From: Candidatus Binatia bacterium
GTDB taxonomy: Bacteria; Desulfobacterota; Binatia; Bin18
Direction: 5' to 3'
DNA: 64,000 nt
NCBI GenBank assembly: GCA_963664395.2
Contig: OY761159.2
Coordinates: 128,001-192,000, forward strand
The stretch's first letter is position 1. Every line of letters begins with the position of its first letter. The notes beneath the pieces were generated by a model that saw nothing but the letters and a program-made list of their open reading frames with translations, was not told the origin of the DNA and made no database searches. Positions 1-9,888 of the stretch are shown piece after piece. Position numbers and translations under genes: made by a program.

Positions 1-930
1 GCGCGCCCCACGCCGTGCGGCATGGTTGAAGGCCTGAATACCATCGGAAAGCGGATACACCGTTTCAATCAGTGAGGCAATCGGAATCCGGTTGTGGGCC
101 AACGCGTCCAGGGCTGGGGGAAACGGGCCGCAGCGCGAGCCTACGACAGTGACTTCGTTTATCACTAACGGTGCAAGCGAGAGGGTATGATTCTCCGCGA
201 CCGTACTTTTCAGCACCAGCGTGCCACGTGGCCGGACGGCAGCCAGGGCACGCTGTAGGCCGGCGGGAGAGCCGGTTGCTTCAACCACCAGATCAACTGC
301 GTGAGATTGCCAGTCGGACAGGTCAACCCCTCTCATGCCGGCATTCCTCACCAGGGCGAGTTTCTTGTCATGCCGACCAACAACCGTCACAGCCGCGCCG
401 GCTTGATCCAGCACAAACGCGCACAGCAAACCCAGCTTGCCATCGCCAAGCACCACCGCCTGTATCCCAGGCTGGATATGTATTTGTTCTAAGATCTCAA
501 ACGCGGCAGCAAGCGGCTCGGTGAAAACCGCGGCTTCGTCAGAAACAGCGTCCGGGACGGGATGCAGATTGGCAATCGGCACCGCCATATATTCGGCAAA
601 ACTGCCGTCTACCCCCAGGATGCCCATGACCTGGCGTGTTGGGCAGTGGCGTTTCAGGCCGCTCAGACATGCTGCACATATACCACAGCCGAAATTGATC
701 TCACCAACAATACGCTTGCCTGAAAGGTCGCCAGGTCCCTCCGTGACTTCGCCCACAAATTCATGGCCAGGAACCCCTGTGAAGCCCATATAGCCTTTGA
801 GAATCTGGAGATCCGTCGAACACACCCCCGCCAGCCGCACCCGCACCAGCGCCCGCTCATCGCTCGCGTGCGGCGTGTGATACTGCCCCTGCACACGCAG
901 GTTTTGTCCGTCCCAGTGAAGCGCGCGCAT
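1..930 (-). CDS. Zinc-dependent alcohol dehydrogenase (MDR family), 3' end runs off the window
   Basis: Not in the ORF track; translated by hand from ATG at 930: MRALHWDG...GVCSTDLQILKGY...GHEFVGEV...CGICAAC...HC...VLGDGKLG. Shows catalytic Zn ligands, the structural Zn cluster and a Rossmann motif. Confidence 0.9.
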   Translation of the reverse strand, partial: MRALHWDGQNLRVQGQYHTPHASDERALVRVRLAGVCSTDLQILKGYMGFTGVPGHEFVGEVTEGPGDLSGKRIVGEINFGCGICAACLSGLKRHCPTRQVMGILGVDGSFAEYMAVPIANLHPVPDAVSDEAAVFTEPLAAAFEILEQIHIQPGIQAVVLGDGKLGLLCAFVLDQAGAAVTVVGRHDKKLALVRNAGMRGVDLSDWQSHAVDLVVEATGSPAGLQRALAAVRPRGTLVLKSTVAENHTLSLAPLVINEVTVVGSRCGPFPPALDALAHNRIPIASLIETVYPLSDGIQAFNHAARRGAR

Positions 931-1010
931 GATTCGCTCAATATAGGGGCAGGGCTGCCCCCTCCCCTCACCGGCACCCCCATGGGGTCGCCCCGCCGAG
1001 GGTTGTGCAA

Positions 1011-1904
1011 TTACGACTCCAAATTCGACTTTTGGGCGAAGTCCTCCATGAACCCCACGCCTTCTTCCAATTTGTCGCTCCATAGCGGCAGCGGCGCAAG
1101 AAAGGAATCATAGCCCAGGTCCTGATAGCGTTTGGTCTCTTCAATGAACGCATCAACCGAGGTCGTGTAGGCCGGAGCAACTAAAATTTTGATGCTGTTC
1201 ATGTCACGTCCGGCTTTGTCCGCGGCGACTCTAATCATCTCCACGCCTTCTTTGAAGCCGGTATAACTCTTGGCAACCGCAACCCAGCCGTCGCCGAGTT
1301 CAACTACCCGCCGCATGGCACGAGCCGAATGACCACCAATCCACACCGGCAGTGGATTCTGCACCGGCTTGGGTTCACATTTAATATCGCTAAACTGACA
1401 AAATTCTCCGTCAAACTGCGGATCAGGGTTGGTCCATAACTCGCGCATAGCGCGCAGATACTCATCGCTGAGTTTTCCGCGTTTCTTAAACGGAGCGCCG
1501 AGCAAACTGATTTCCTCTTCCATCCAGCCAATACCGGCCCCCAGCATCATACGTCCACGCGATAGTACGTCCAGGGTCGCAAACATCTTGGCGGTGACAA
1601 TCGGGTTGCGGTGCGGCAGCACGAGCACCCACGTCCCCAGCCGCACCCGTTTGGTTGCGCCGGCCAGATAGCCCAAGAGCGCTAGAGGTTCAAGCAGGCC
1701 ATCGGCAGGGTCGGCTGGGAAGTCACCCGTGTCATTATACGGATACCGAGACTTGATATTGGTCGGCATGATCACATGGTCTGCGACCCAGAGTGCATCA
1801 TAGCCCAGCTCCTCCGCCTTCGTAGCAATAGTGGTGACCACGTCAACCGATCCAGGTCCGGTGGCCAAAGGACCAAGATTGGGAACCAGTAATCCTACTT
1901 TCAT
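1011..1904 (-). CDS. LLM-class (probably F420-dependent) oxidoreductase
   Basis: AEELGYDALWVADH, RVRLGTWVLVLPHRNP, PVWIGG motifs; start moved to MKVG (GGAGGAG RBS upstream). Confidence 0.9.
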   Translation of the reverse strand: MKVGLLVPNLGPLATGPGSVDVVTTIATKAEELGYDALWVADHVIMPTNIKSRYPYNDTGDFPADPADGLLEPLALLGYLAGATKRVRLGTWVLVLPHRNPIVTAKMFATLDVLSRGRMMLGAGIGWMEEEISLLGAPFKKRGKLSDEYLRAMRELWTNPDPQFDGEFCQFSDIKCEPKPVQNPLPVWIGGHSARAMRRVVELGDGWVAVAKSYTGFKEGVEMIRVAADKAGRDMNSIKILVAPAYTTSVDAFIEETKRYQDLGYDSFLAPLPLWSDKLEEGVGFMEDFAQKSNLES

Positions 1905-2063
1905 GGCATTCTCCTCCGTTGAAAAATTGATCTGAAAAACCAAGGCTCCTTTCCTATAGCGTCGCAGCCCGTTCGACAAGCGCGCGTTTCGGCTCTGTTG
2001 GCCACCTCTTCGATAATGCTCCGCTTTCCGCTATACAGTCGCTCAGCAAAAGGGAGGACTGCT

Positions 2064-3290
2064 ATGACACAGGAAAACACGCAACCATCAATGCTGGCCG
2101 GCACTACGGTACTCGACTTTACTCAATATCTGGCCGGACCAACCGCAACCCGACTGATGGCCGAACTCGGGGCAAACGTCATAAAAGTCGAACAGGCCAA
2201 GGGGGGCGACCCGGCGCGATCCCTCCCGTTTGTGAAAGACAATCGCAGCATCTATTTCATCCAGCAGAATCGCGGCAAGAAGAGTCTGTGCGTTGATTTC
2301 AAGCGGTCCGAAGGCGTCGAACTGATCCGGGCGCTGATCCCGCAGGTTGATGTCGTCATTGAAAACTACGGCCCTGGAGTGATGGAGCGGCGCGGCTGGG
2401 ATTACGCGTCTCTCAAGGCAATCAATCCCGGCATTGTCATGTGTTCCATCTCAGCCTTTGGACGCAAGAGTCCGCTCTCCCATTTGACCGGATACGATTA
2501 TATTGCTCAAGGCTTTTCCGGCATCATGCATATGACCGGCGACCCGGACGGACCGCCGCGTTTTGTCGGCGTGGCCATTGCCGACGGTATTGCCGGAGTG
2601 AGTGCCTTTGGCGCATTGGGGTATGCCTTGCTGCACCGCGACCGGACGGGCCAAGGTCAGCATATTGATATCTCCATGGTCGATGCGCTCTATCATCTCC
2701 AGTCCGTTGAGGTCCAAGCCTTTGCCGCCAGCAACGGCAAATACAAACCCATGCGTTTTGGTTTACATCACTATGCCTCGTGCCCGTTGGGCGTATTCAA
2801 AAGTCCGCAGGGCTATTGTGTACTCTTGGCGCTCAACCGCCAGTGGCCGAATGTGGCCAAAGCGCTGGGCAAGCCGGAACTCGTAGACGATCCCCGCTTT
2901 GCCACAGCCAAAGCGCGCGGCCAAAATCAAAAAGAACTCATTGCCATGATCGAAGCCTGGCTGCAATCGTTTCCAACCGATGCGGCCGCCCTCAAAGCCT
3001 TGGCAGAGCATCGGGTGCCGGCCGGCCCCGTACTCTCCATTGAAGAGACGGTTGCACATCCGTATTTTGCCGCCCGCAAAATGGTCCGTCAGGTGCCGGA
3101 CCAGATTCTGGGGGAGGTGACCATTCCGGGCTTTCCCTTCAAATACTCGGCCTTCCCGGATGAACTCGACCTGCGCGCGCCGCTGCTGGGCGAGAACAAC
3201 GATGAAATTCTCAGCCACTATCTGGGCCGGTCTCAGGATACGATTACGGCTCTATACGATCAGGGTGTTTTGTATAAGGGAGAGCGGTAA
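2064..3290 (+). CDS. CoA-transferase family III (CaiB/BaiF)
   Basis: VLDFTQYLAGP, NRGKKSL, DVVIENYGPG, GYDYIAQGFSG; GGAGG RBS before ATG 2064. Confidence 0.92.
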   Translation: MTQENTQPSMLAGTTVLDFTQYLAGPTATRLMAELGANVIKVEQAKGGDPARSLPFVKDNRSIYFIQQNRGKKSLCVDFKRSEGVELIRALIPQVDVVIENYGPGVMERRGWDYASLKAINPGIVMCSISAFGRKSPLSHLTGYDYIAQGFSGIMHMTGDPDGPPRFVGVAIADGIAGVSAFGALGYALLHRDRTGQGQHIDISMVDALYHLQSVEVQAFAASNGKYKPMRFGLHHYASCPLGVFKSPQGYCVLLALNRQWPNVAKALGKPELVDDPRFATAKARGQNQKELIAMIEAWLQSFPTDAAALKALAEHRVPAGPVLSIEETVAHPYFAARKMVRQVPDQILGEVTIPGFPFKYSAFPDELDLRAPLLGENNDEILSHYLGRSQDTITALYDQGVLYKGER

Positions 3291-3335
3291 CGCCCGGCCT
3301 GACGCCTGGTCAAGTAGAAAAGCGCCAGGATCTCC

Positions 3336-5072
3336 TCACGCCGGCCGCAAGCCGTCCCAGCGCCGACACCACTGCCTGCGTTCCTGGTCCGAGAGCGCGA
3401 ACAGACGCCCGGATTCAGACCGTGGCATGAGGGTGCAACGGTTCCGCGAAAATTGTACGATCAACCTGTCCAGCAGAGCCTCGCCCACTGGAGCCTTATC
3501 TTGAGCGGCCTGTGCCAGAATAACCCGTTCGGGCTGCCGCGACAGCTTTGCTATCAGCGTGTCCAGCAGTGCTTCGCCCTGACCTGACTGATCTGGGTCC
3601 GCCAGGAGCCTGTGCTCGGGAACTGACTTTCTCCTGAGTTGGGAAGATCGGGCAGACTGGGAAGATCGGGCAGACTGGGAAGATCGGGCGGACCGGGAAG
3701 CCGCGTAGCCGGCAAAGCCGCCATAATCTCGGGCCGAGGCTACACTGACCGCGTGCGCGGCACCGGACGCTCCGCTAGCCGTTTCCGACGGGCCGAGCAG
3801 ACGCGTCATCTGAAATCCGAAGACGTTCATGGCCAAATCGTAACGACCGGGGAAAGAGGGGTTTTCCCCGACAGCCGCACGCCGCGTCTCGACGCGAGGA
3901 GCCGTGCCGCCGATCACGTCGAAAATCCACGGGCCGTGCTTGTACTGACCGCCGAAGGCAACCATCATATCGGTATGGTCGGCCAGCGTGGGCTTGAGCG
4001 CGTCGTCCTTGATGGCCCACGGCTCATACGAGAACCCGACACCGAGCATGAGGTTTTCGGATATCTGGTAGGTGAGCCCGGCACCGGTCCGCCAGCGGTC
4101 CTTGGCCCGGCCCACCGCGGGTTGATTCAGCGCAGTATACTTCTTAAACCGGACGCGCGTCTCATCGAACACGGACAGATGGCTCCAGCGCGCCTGACCG
4201 GCAAACGTCAGACGGTCGGTGATCCGGTACGCAAAGCCGAACTTGACGTTCTGCGGGATATTAAAATAGACCGTGGCGTCGTCGCCCATCCCGTCAACGC
4301 GCGCGTTGCCGAACATCCAGATTTTGCCGGGCGTCTTATAGGTCAGCCCCAGGTTGAGCCGGTCCGTGGGTTGATACATCAGCCCGATAGTCCCGAACAC
4401 GCCCGGCCCGCGCACATCGAGATCGAGCCGACCGAGCGGAGTGGGCGATTTGGTCTTCAGCCGCCCATAGGTCGGGTTGATGCTGGCGCCGATGTGCAGA
4501 TTCGACGCCAGCGAATAGGACAGGGACGGCGCCAGCGACACCGCTACCAACTCGGTAAAGAAATTGTTGGGGACTCCGTGCTCGGGCCTGGCCTCATGGT
4601 TGAAGGCGAAGCCCAGAGAGCCATACATGCCGATACCGAAGGCAAAAGGGGCGAACCGGTCGGTCCGATAGCCGAAGTTCGGCGCTATTGGGAATTCGCG
4701 GCTGGTGCTGTCATAATACCCGCGGCGGTCAGCGTCCGGACGAAACCCGAGCGCCCCTCGCGCCGGCCCGGGCAGTTGGTTGAAGAGACCCTGTCTGTTC
4801 TCATAGGACGGATGGAACATGATGTTGAACGAGCCGGTGGAGAAGGAGTTCGGCAGCAGGCTGAGTTGGGCCGGATTGTGGAACAGCGCGGTCGCCGCGT
4901 TGAATGGATAGGCCACCGCGTTGCCGACCACCATACCGTCACTGGCGGCCAGCCCCGGTGCGGTGAGCTGGCTGGCCTGCGCGAGGGAGCCGGTAGAGAG
5001 GACCGCGATCAGCGCCAGCGTCCATATCCCCGACTGCGAACGGCCTCTCAGAAGCTGTACCTTCCTCATCAT
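3336..5072 (-). CDS. FadL/OmpP1/TodX-type outer-membrane hydrophobic-substrate channel with about 150-aa C-terminal extension
   Basis: Signal peptide, hatch motif NAATALFHNPAQL, amphipathic beta-strands (LNLGLTYKT, VKFGFAYRITDRLTF). Confidence 0.8.
   Translation of the reverse strand: MMRKVQLLRGRSQSGIWTLALIAVLSTGSLAQASQLTAPGLAASDGMVVGNAVAYPFNAATALFHNPAQLSLLPNSFSTGSFNIMFHPSYENRQGLFNQLPGPARGALGFRPDADRRGYYDSTSREFPIAPNFGYRTDRFAPFAFGIGMYGSLGFAFNHEARPEHGVPNNFFTELVAVSLAPSLSYSLASNLHIGASINPTYGRLKTKSPTPLGRLDLDVRGPGVFGTIGLMYQPTDRLNLGLTYKTPGKIWMFGNARVDGMGDDATVYFNIPQNVKFGFAYRITDRLTFAGQARWSHLSVFDETRVRFKKYTALNQPAVGRAKDRWRTGAGLTYQISENLMLGVGFSYEPWAIKDDALKPTLADHTDMMVAFGGQYKHGPWIFDVIGGTAPRVETRRAAVGENPSFPGRYDLAMNVFGFQMTRLLGPSETASGASGAAHAVSVASARDYGGFAGYAASRSARSSQSARSSQSARSSQLRRKSVPEHRLLADPDQSGQGEALLDTLIAKLSRQPERVILAQAAQDKAPVGEALLDRLIVQFSRNRCTLMPRSESGRLFALSDQERRQWCRRWDGLRPA
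3641..3694. repeat. 18-bp tandem repeat x3 (GGGAAGATCGGGCAGACT), encoding SARSSQ in the FadL tail
   Basis: Two exact copies plus one with 2 mismatches, read directly. Confidence 0.9.
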
Positions 5073-5183
5073 CCCTGCTCCTCCTTGCTGTTGGAGCGGC
5101 CTAGCTTATGCGAACGTCGGGGGTTACAAAAGGGGGGTAGGCCGGATTAACACTCACCTCGGGACACGGAGAGGAGACACGGC

Positions 5184-7211
5184 ATGAACCCACAATTGGA
5201 ACGTATCCGAACGAATTGTCCACGCGACTGCTATGATGGCTGCGGTATCGTGATCGAGCGAAGAGACGGCGCAATTACTCGCGTGCTGGGCGACCCGGAC
5301 CATCCGGTTTCGCGCGGCGCGTTGTGTGGTAAATGCGCGACGGCCTATAACGGCGTCTGGCAGGATGAGCAGGCACGTTTGTTATATCCGCTCAAACGGA
5401 TCGGCCCCAAAGGCCACGGCCAGTTCGAGCGGATCAATTGGGACGAAGCCTTAGAAACAATTGCCTCGAAACTCCAGAACATTGTGAATACGACCGGCCC
5501 GGAAGCCATTATTCATACCCATTACACCGGCACGCTGTCTCTGCTGGCCTATATGTTTCCCCTGCGTTTCTTTCACCGCCTGGGTGCAACCGAAGTCGAG
5601 CCTGACACGATCTGCAATATGGCCGGACATGTTGCCTGGGGGCTGTTGTTCGGCAGTTCGTCCGTCGGCTTTGACCCCCGCACGGCCGCGGACTCGCGCT
5701 GTATTCTGGTCTGGGGCGCGAACCCGGCCCATTCCGCCCCACATGCGCACAAGCATTGGTTGCCCGAATCCCCTGCCCACAAGATCGTTGTCGATCCAAT
5801 CCGGACGGAGACCGCAGCGCAGGCAGACCTCCACCTCCAGCCTTTTCCTGGAACTGATGCAGCTCTCGCCTTCAGCCTGTTGCACGTTCTGCACCGAGAC
5901 GGATTTTTTCAGGCTGACTTCATAGCCAAGCACACCGTGGGCGGCGATGAATTGCTGCCCTTGTTAGCGCCCTGTACGCCCGCCTGGGGAGAGCAGAAAA
6001 CCGGTGTTCCGGCAGATTTGATTGAACAAGCCGCCCATCTGTACGGACCCGGCCCTTCCCTGCTGTGGGCCGGACAGGGACTCCAAAGACAAACCACCGG
6101 CGGCAACATCATGCGCGCCTGTGGGCTGCTGCCGGCTCTGACCGGGAATATCGGCAAACCCGGCGCCGGCTTTTACTATCTGAATATCACCCCCGCCATT
6201 GCGGGCCTGGACTTTGATGCGCTGGCGGGCGGCTCGTTGGCAAATGGGAGACCGCCAAGCATCAGCCATATGGACTTTGCCGCGCGGCTCGAAGACGCCA
6301 GTGCCTCACAGGCCCTTCTGTGTTGGAATACCAACCCCGCGGCATCCGCCCCGCAGCAGCAACGCCTGCACGCCGCCCTCAAACGAGACGACCTGTTCAC
6401 GGTGGCCATCGATTGTTTTCCCACAGACACCACGGATCTCGCCGACATTGTGCTGCCGGCGGCGAGCTTTCTCGAATTCGACGACCTGACCTTCAGTTAT
6501 TTTCATCTCAACATCGGAGCGCAATCCAAAGCGCGCGAGCCCATGGGCGAGTCGCTGCCCAATCAGGAAATTTTTCGTCGTCTGGCCAAAGCTATGGGAT
6601 TTGAAGAGCCGGCCTTATTTGAGTCGGACGCTGCTATCATCAGTCAACTCCTCACTGAGATGCGGCTCGGCTGTGACTTCAGCGCGTTACAACGTAAAGG
6701 CTGGCATTCCCTCAGCGACACACCTCTGATTTTCCATGAAGACCTGACATTCGATACGCCCAGCGGCAAGATCGAAATCGCCTCGGACAAGGCCGAGCAA
6801 AAAGGGCTGCCGCGGCTGCCTCAGCCCTGGGCCGACACAAAGCCAACGAACAACCGTTTCCGACTGCTGAGTCCGGCCTCGCGCTGGCGGCTCAACGACT
6901 CGTACGCCAACGACGCAAACATTCAGCAACGCGCAGGTCAGGCCGACGTCACCCTGCATCCGGACGACGCCGCTCGGCTGGGTGTGACGGACGGGACGCG
7001 CGTTCGGCTTGAAAATGAAACGGGCCAGCTTGAGTTGACCGCTACCATTGACGCTCTCGTTCCCCAGGGCGTGGCCCTTACGCATAAAGGCCGCTGGCCC
7101 AAGCTCGAAGCAGGGCGTCACAATGTGAATACGCTGAATCCAGGGACTCGGTCTGATATGGGCGAGAGTTCCAGCGTGCACAGTGTGGAAGTCACGATTC
7201 GTCCGTGTTAG
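5184..7211 (+). CDS. Molybdopterin (bis-MGD) oxidoreductase with N-terminal 4Fe-4S motif
   Basis: CPRDCYDGC...LCGKC, RLLYPLKR, WGANPAHS, ADIVLPAASFLE, LHPDDAARLGV. Confidence 0.92.
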   Translation: MNPQLERIRTNCPRDCYDGCGIVIERRDGAITRVLGDPDHPVSRGALCGKCATAYNGVWQDEQARLLYPLKRIGPKGHGQFERINWDEALETIASKLQNIVNTTGPEAIIHTHYTGTLSLLAYMFPLRFFHRLGATEVEPDTICNMAGHVAWGLLFGSSSVGFDPRTAADSRCILVWGANPAHSAPHAHKHWLPESPAHKIVVDPIRTETAAQADLHLQPFPGTDAALAFSLLHVLHRDGFFQADFIAKHTVGGDELLPLLAPCTPAWGEQKTGVPADLIEQAAHLYGPGPSLLWAGQGLQRQTTGGNIMRACGLLPALTGNIGKPGAGFYYLNITPAIAGLDFDALAGGSLANGRPPSISHMDFAARLEDASASQALLCWNTNPAASAPQQQRLHAALKRDDLFTVAIDCFPTDTTDLADIVLPAASFLEFDDLTFSYFHLNIGAQSKAREPMGESLPNQEIFRRLAKAMGFEEPALFESDAAIISQLLTEMRLGCDFSALQRKGWHSLSDTPLIFHEDLTFDTPSGKIEIASDKAEQKGLPRLPQPWADTKPTNNRFRLLSPASRWRLNDSYANDANIQQRAGQADVTLHPDDAARLGVTDGTRVRLENETGQLELTATIDALVPQGVALTHKGRWPKLEAGRHNVNTLNPGTRSDMGESSSVHSVEVTIRPC

Positions 7212-7429
7212 GCCAAGGCGACGAGATTTTGTGGGCAAGATGCCCGCATTCCCATCTGTCGCGGGCGCTTCAGAGAGGCGCTTCTTGGCGACCCATAGGC
7301 GAGACTTCCCTGGCCTTTGTCCTTCTGTGTCGAGCCGAGGGACATCGACAGATGAGAGGCAACAGACTAATCTGGCCGATCTCACGCAATCGCTTACGCA
7401 AGAGAAACACCACGATAAAGGAGGGGCGT

Positions 7430-8728
7430 ATGTCCTGGGGGTTTGAAACCGAGCCGGAATTTCAAAAAGAACTGGATTGGATTGCAGAATTTGTCCGTGA
7501 AGAGGTCGAGCCGCTGGACCATATTTTAGGTAATCAGTACGATATTCAGAATCCGCGTAACAAAAAAATTGTTCCCAAGCTCCAGGAACAGGTCAGGCAG
7601 CGCGGCCTGTGGGCCTGCCATCTGGGGCCGGAACTGGGCGGCCCCGGCTACGGCCAACTCAAGCTCGCTCTGATGAACGAGATACTGGGTCGCGCGCGCT
7701 TTGCGTCCATCGTCTTCGGCTGCCAGGCACCGGACACGGGCAACAGCGAAATACTGGCCCACTACGGCACGCCGGAACTGAAAGAACGCTTTCTCACACC
7801 CTTGCTCAACAATGAGATCGTGTCGTGCTTTTCCATGACCGAGCCGCACGCCGGCGCCGACCCCAAGATGTTCAAGTGCAAGGCTGAACGCGACGGCGAT
7901 CAGTGGGTTATCAACGGCCAGAAGTGGTTCTCCTCAAACGCACGCTGGGCCAGCTTTCTGATCGTCATGGCCGTGACCGACCCGGACGCCGCGCCGTATC
8001 AGAGCATGTCCATGTTCGTTGTCCCGGCCGACACACCGGGTATCAACATCATTCGGAATGTCGGTATTGGCGACGAACGCGAAGACGAAGGCGACCACGC
8101 CTATATCAACTATGAAGACGTCAGGATTCCCGCGGATCACATCTTGGGCGGTCCCGGCCAAGGCTTTGAGGTGGCCCAGACGCGCTTGGGTGGCGGGCGG
8201 ATTCACCACGCCATGCGCACTATTGGGCAGGTCAAGAAATCGTTCGATCTGATGTGTGAGCGGGTGTTGTCGCGCGAAACCCAGGGTGAAATCCTGGCTA
8301 ACAAACAGATGGTCCAGGAAAAAATAGCGGACTCGTGGATCGAAATTGAGCAGTTCCGGCTACTCGTTCTACAAACGGCCTGGCGGATCGATAAATTCCA
8401 AGACTACCGCAAGGTGCGCAAAGACATTGCCGCGGTCAAGGCCCAGATGCCCAAAGTCTTTCACGACGTGGCGTGTCGGGCGCTCTACCTGCACGGTTCG
8501 CTGGGCGTGTCCAACGAGATGCCGTTCTCCAAACAGATCACCGAATCGTTCGTCATGGGCCTGGCCGACGGCCCGACCGAAGTGCACAAAGTCACCGTGG
8601 CCCGCCAGGTTCTGCGCGAATACGAAGGCACCAAGGGCCTGTTCCCCACCGGCCATTTACCGGCGTTGCGCGAGCAGGCGATTCGGAAATACGGAGAGTT
8701 GTTGGAGTTGGAAGTAGAGAATTTGTGA
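7430..8728 (+). CDS. Acyl-CoA dehydrogenase family protein
   Basis: CQAPDTGNSE, FSMTEP, INGQKWFSS, RLGGGRIHH, ADGPTEVH; AAGGAGG RBS before ATG 7430. Confidence 0.93.
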   Translation: MSWGFETEPEFQKELDWIAEFVREEVEPLDHILGNQYDIQNPRNKKIVPKLQEQVRQRGLWACHLGPELGGPGYGQLKLALMNEILGRARFASIVFGCQAPDTGNSEILAHYGTPELKERFLTPLLNNEIVSCFSMTEPHAGADPKMFKCKAERDGDQWVINGQKWFSSNARWASFLIVMAVTDPDAAPYQSMSMFVVPADTPGINIIRNVGIGDEREDEGDHAYINYEDVRIPADHILGGPGQGFEVAQTRLGGGRIHHAMRTIGQVKKSFDLMCERVLSRETQGEILANKQMVQEKIADSWIEIEQFRLLVLQTAWRIDKFQDYRKVRKDIAAVKAQMPKVFHDVACRALYLHGSLGVSNEMPFSKQITESFVMGLADGPTEVHKVTVARQVLREYEGTKGLFPTGHLPALREQAIRKYGELLELEVENL

Positions 8729-8760
8729 GGCCATCCCACCCAGGAGCACCTCGCAGACCG

Positions 8761-9021
8761 TCACCGATGGCGATAAACCTCTCGGCGGTGCGCAACTCGC
8801 ACTACGAGTACGACAAGCGATTCGTTGAGCACCTCATACACGATACGATAGTCGCCCACACGCACTCGCCGAAGCCCCCGAAGTTCTCCTTTCAGTGGGC
8901 TCCCGGCGAGTGGCTGCTCGCCCAAACGATCAATGGCATGCACAATGCGTAGACGGTCGTGGTGCGGGATACCGGCCAGTTCCTTGGACGCGCTCCGCTT
9001 AATCCGAACCGAGTAGCTCAT
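8761..9021 (-). CDS. Type II toxin, RelE/ParE family
   Basis: 86 aa with LKGELRGLRRVRVGDYRIVYEV...VAHRREVYR. Confidence 0.9.
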   Translation of the reverse strand: MSYSVRIKRSASKELAGIPHHDRLRIVHAIDRLGEQPLAGSPLKGELRGLRRVRVGDYRIVYEVLNESLVVLVVRVAHRREVYRHR

Positions 9022-9220
9022 GTCTGACCTGATCCCAGTCCAATACCGAGTCTGTGGGATCACGGAGCCGTTCCAGAGCTACAGTGAGGTCGTCAAAATC
9101 CTCCAGATATCGTTCAACCGCCTGGCGAACGATATCCGTGCGGCTCCGGTTCAACTCCTTTGCAGCCGTGTCCAGCGCTTCGACTAATGTATCTGGTAGG
9201 CGTGTGGTTATCTGGTGCAT
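8999..9220 (-). CDS. Ribbon-helix-helix (CopG/RelB-like) antitoxin
   Basis: ITTRLPDTLVEALD...SRTDIVRQAVERYLED with acidic C-terminus; overlaps the toxin start by 23 nt. Confidence 0.87.
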   Translation of the reverse strand: MHQITTRLPDTLVEALDTAAKELNRSRTDIVRQAVERYLEDFDDLTVALERLRDPTDSVLDWDQVRHELLGSD

Positions 9221-9328
9221 GAAAGACCCTCCAGTTGATTTCATGTGACCCTGCTTACTGTACCGTATTGTATGCTTACCCCTCTTAGCCCCTAACAAAG
9301 TCGAGGGGCAGTTTTCTATCCAGGCGGT

Positions 9329-9403
9329 GGGGTGGGTTTCTAGCCGGTTCAGGAACCCACCCCGGCCCTTCGACAAGCTCAGGACCACCCCTCCGAGGAG
9401 GAG
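9329..9403. repeat. REP-like palindromic intergenic element (CCCTTCGACAAGCTC type), copy 1
   Basis: Hairpin GGGGTGGGTT...AACCCACCCC; 27-nt core 9354-9380 is the exact reverse complement of 11815-11841. Confidence 0.8.
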
Positions 9404-9429
9404 AGTCGATTCGGCAGGAGGTATCTCGT

Positions 9430-9876
9430 CTACGACGAGGGCGGCTTTCTCGCCGTCGGCAACTGATCGTCAGGGGAGAAGAACTCCACGAAGTTGCCCT
9501 CATGGTCGTAGATGACGGGTACGAGGTGGGGTAGACCGCGTTCTTCTTCGAGGATTTCAACGTGGTGCTTGGCTGCAATGGCGGCCAGTTGGTCGAACGA
9601 CTTGTCGGTCGTAAACGCGACGTGCCCGAAGTGGTGATCCTGGCCTGCCGTGCGGTCGGTAAACTCGCCCTGGGCCCAGTGTTTGTCCAGCGGCCAGAAC
9701 TCCAGGATGTCGTTCAGCCGGCCGGGCTGCCAGTCGCCGAATACGACGGTGCGCACGCCGATGCTGTTCAACTGTGGCCCCGAGCCAACTACCTTGCCGT
9801 CGAGCAGCTCGGCGTACAGCTCGGCAGAGTGTTGCGGGTCATTCACGCGAAACGACATGTGCAGTAGTGTGGACAT
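9430..9876 (-). CDS. VOC/glyoxalase superfamily protein
   Basis: LLHMSFRVNDP, GHVAFTT, YDHEGNFVEFF. Confidence 0.8.
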   Translation of the reverse strand: MSTLLHMSFRVNDPQHSAELYAELLDGKVVGSGPQLNSIGVRTVVFGDWQPGRLNDILEFWPLDKHWAQGEFTDRTAGQDHHFGHVAFTTDKSFDQLAAIAAKHHVEILEEERGLPHLVPVIYDHEGNFVEFFSPDDQLPTARKPPSS

Positions 9877-9888
9877 TGCAAACCTCCT

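Noticed and set aside
663-1010. Track ORF of 115 aa on the minus strand
   Set aside because: Wrong frame; the real gene is the Zn-ADH starting at 930, missed because its stop is outside the window.
3639-5150. 503-aa plus-strand ORF
   Set aside because: Antisense shadow of the GC-rich FadL gene; no motifs.
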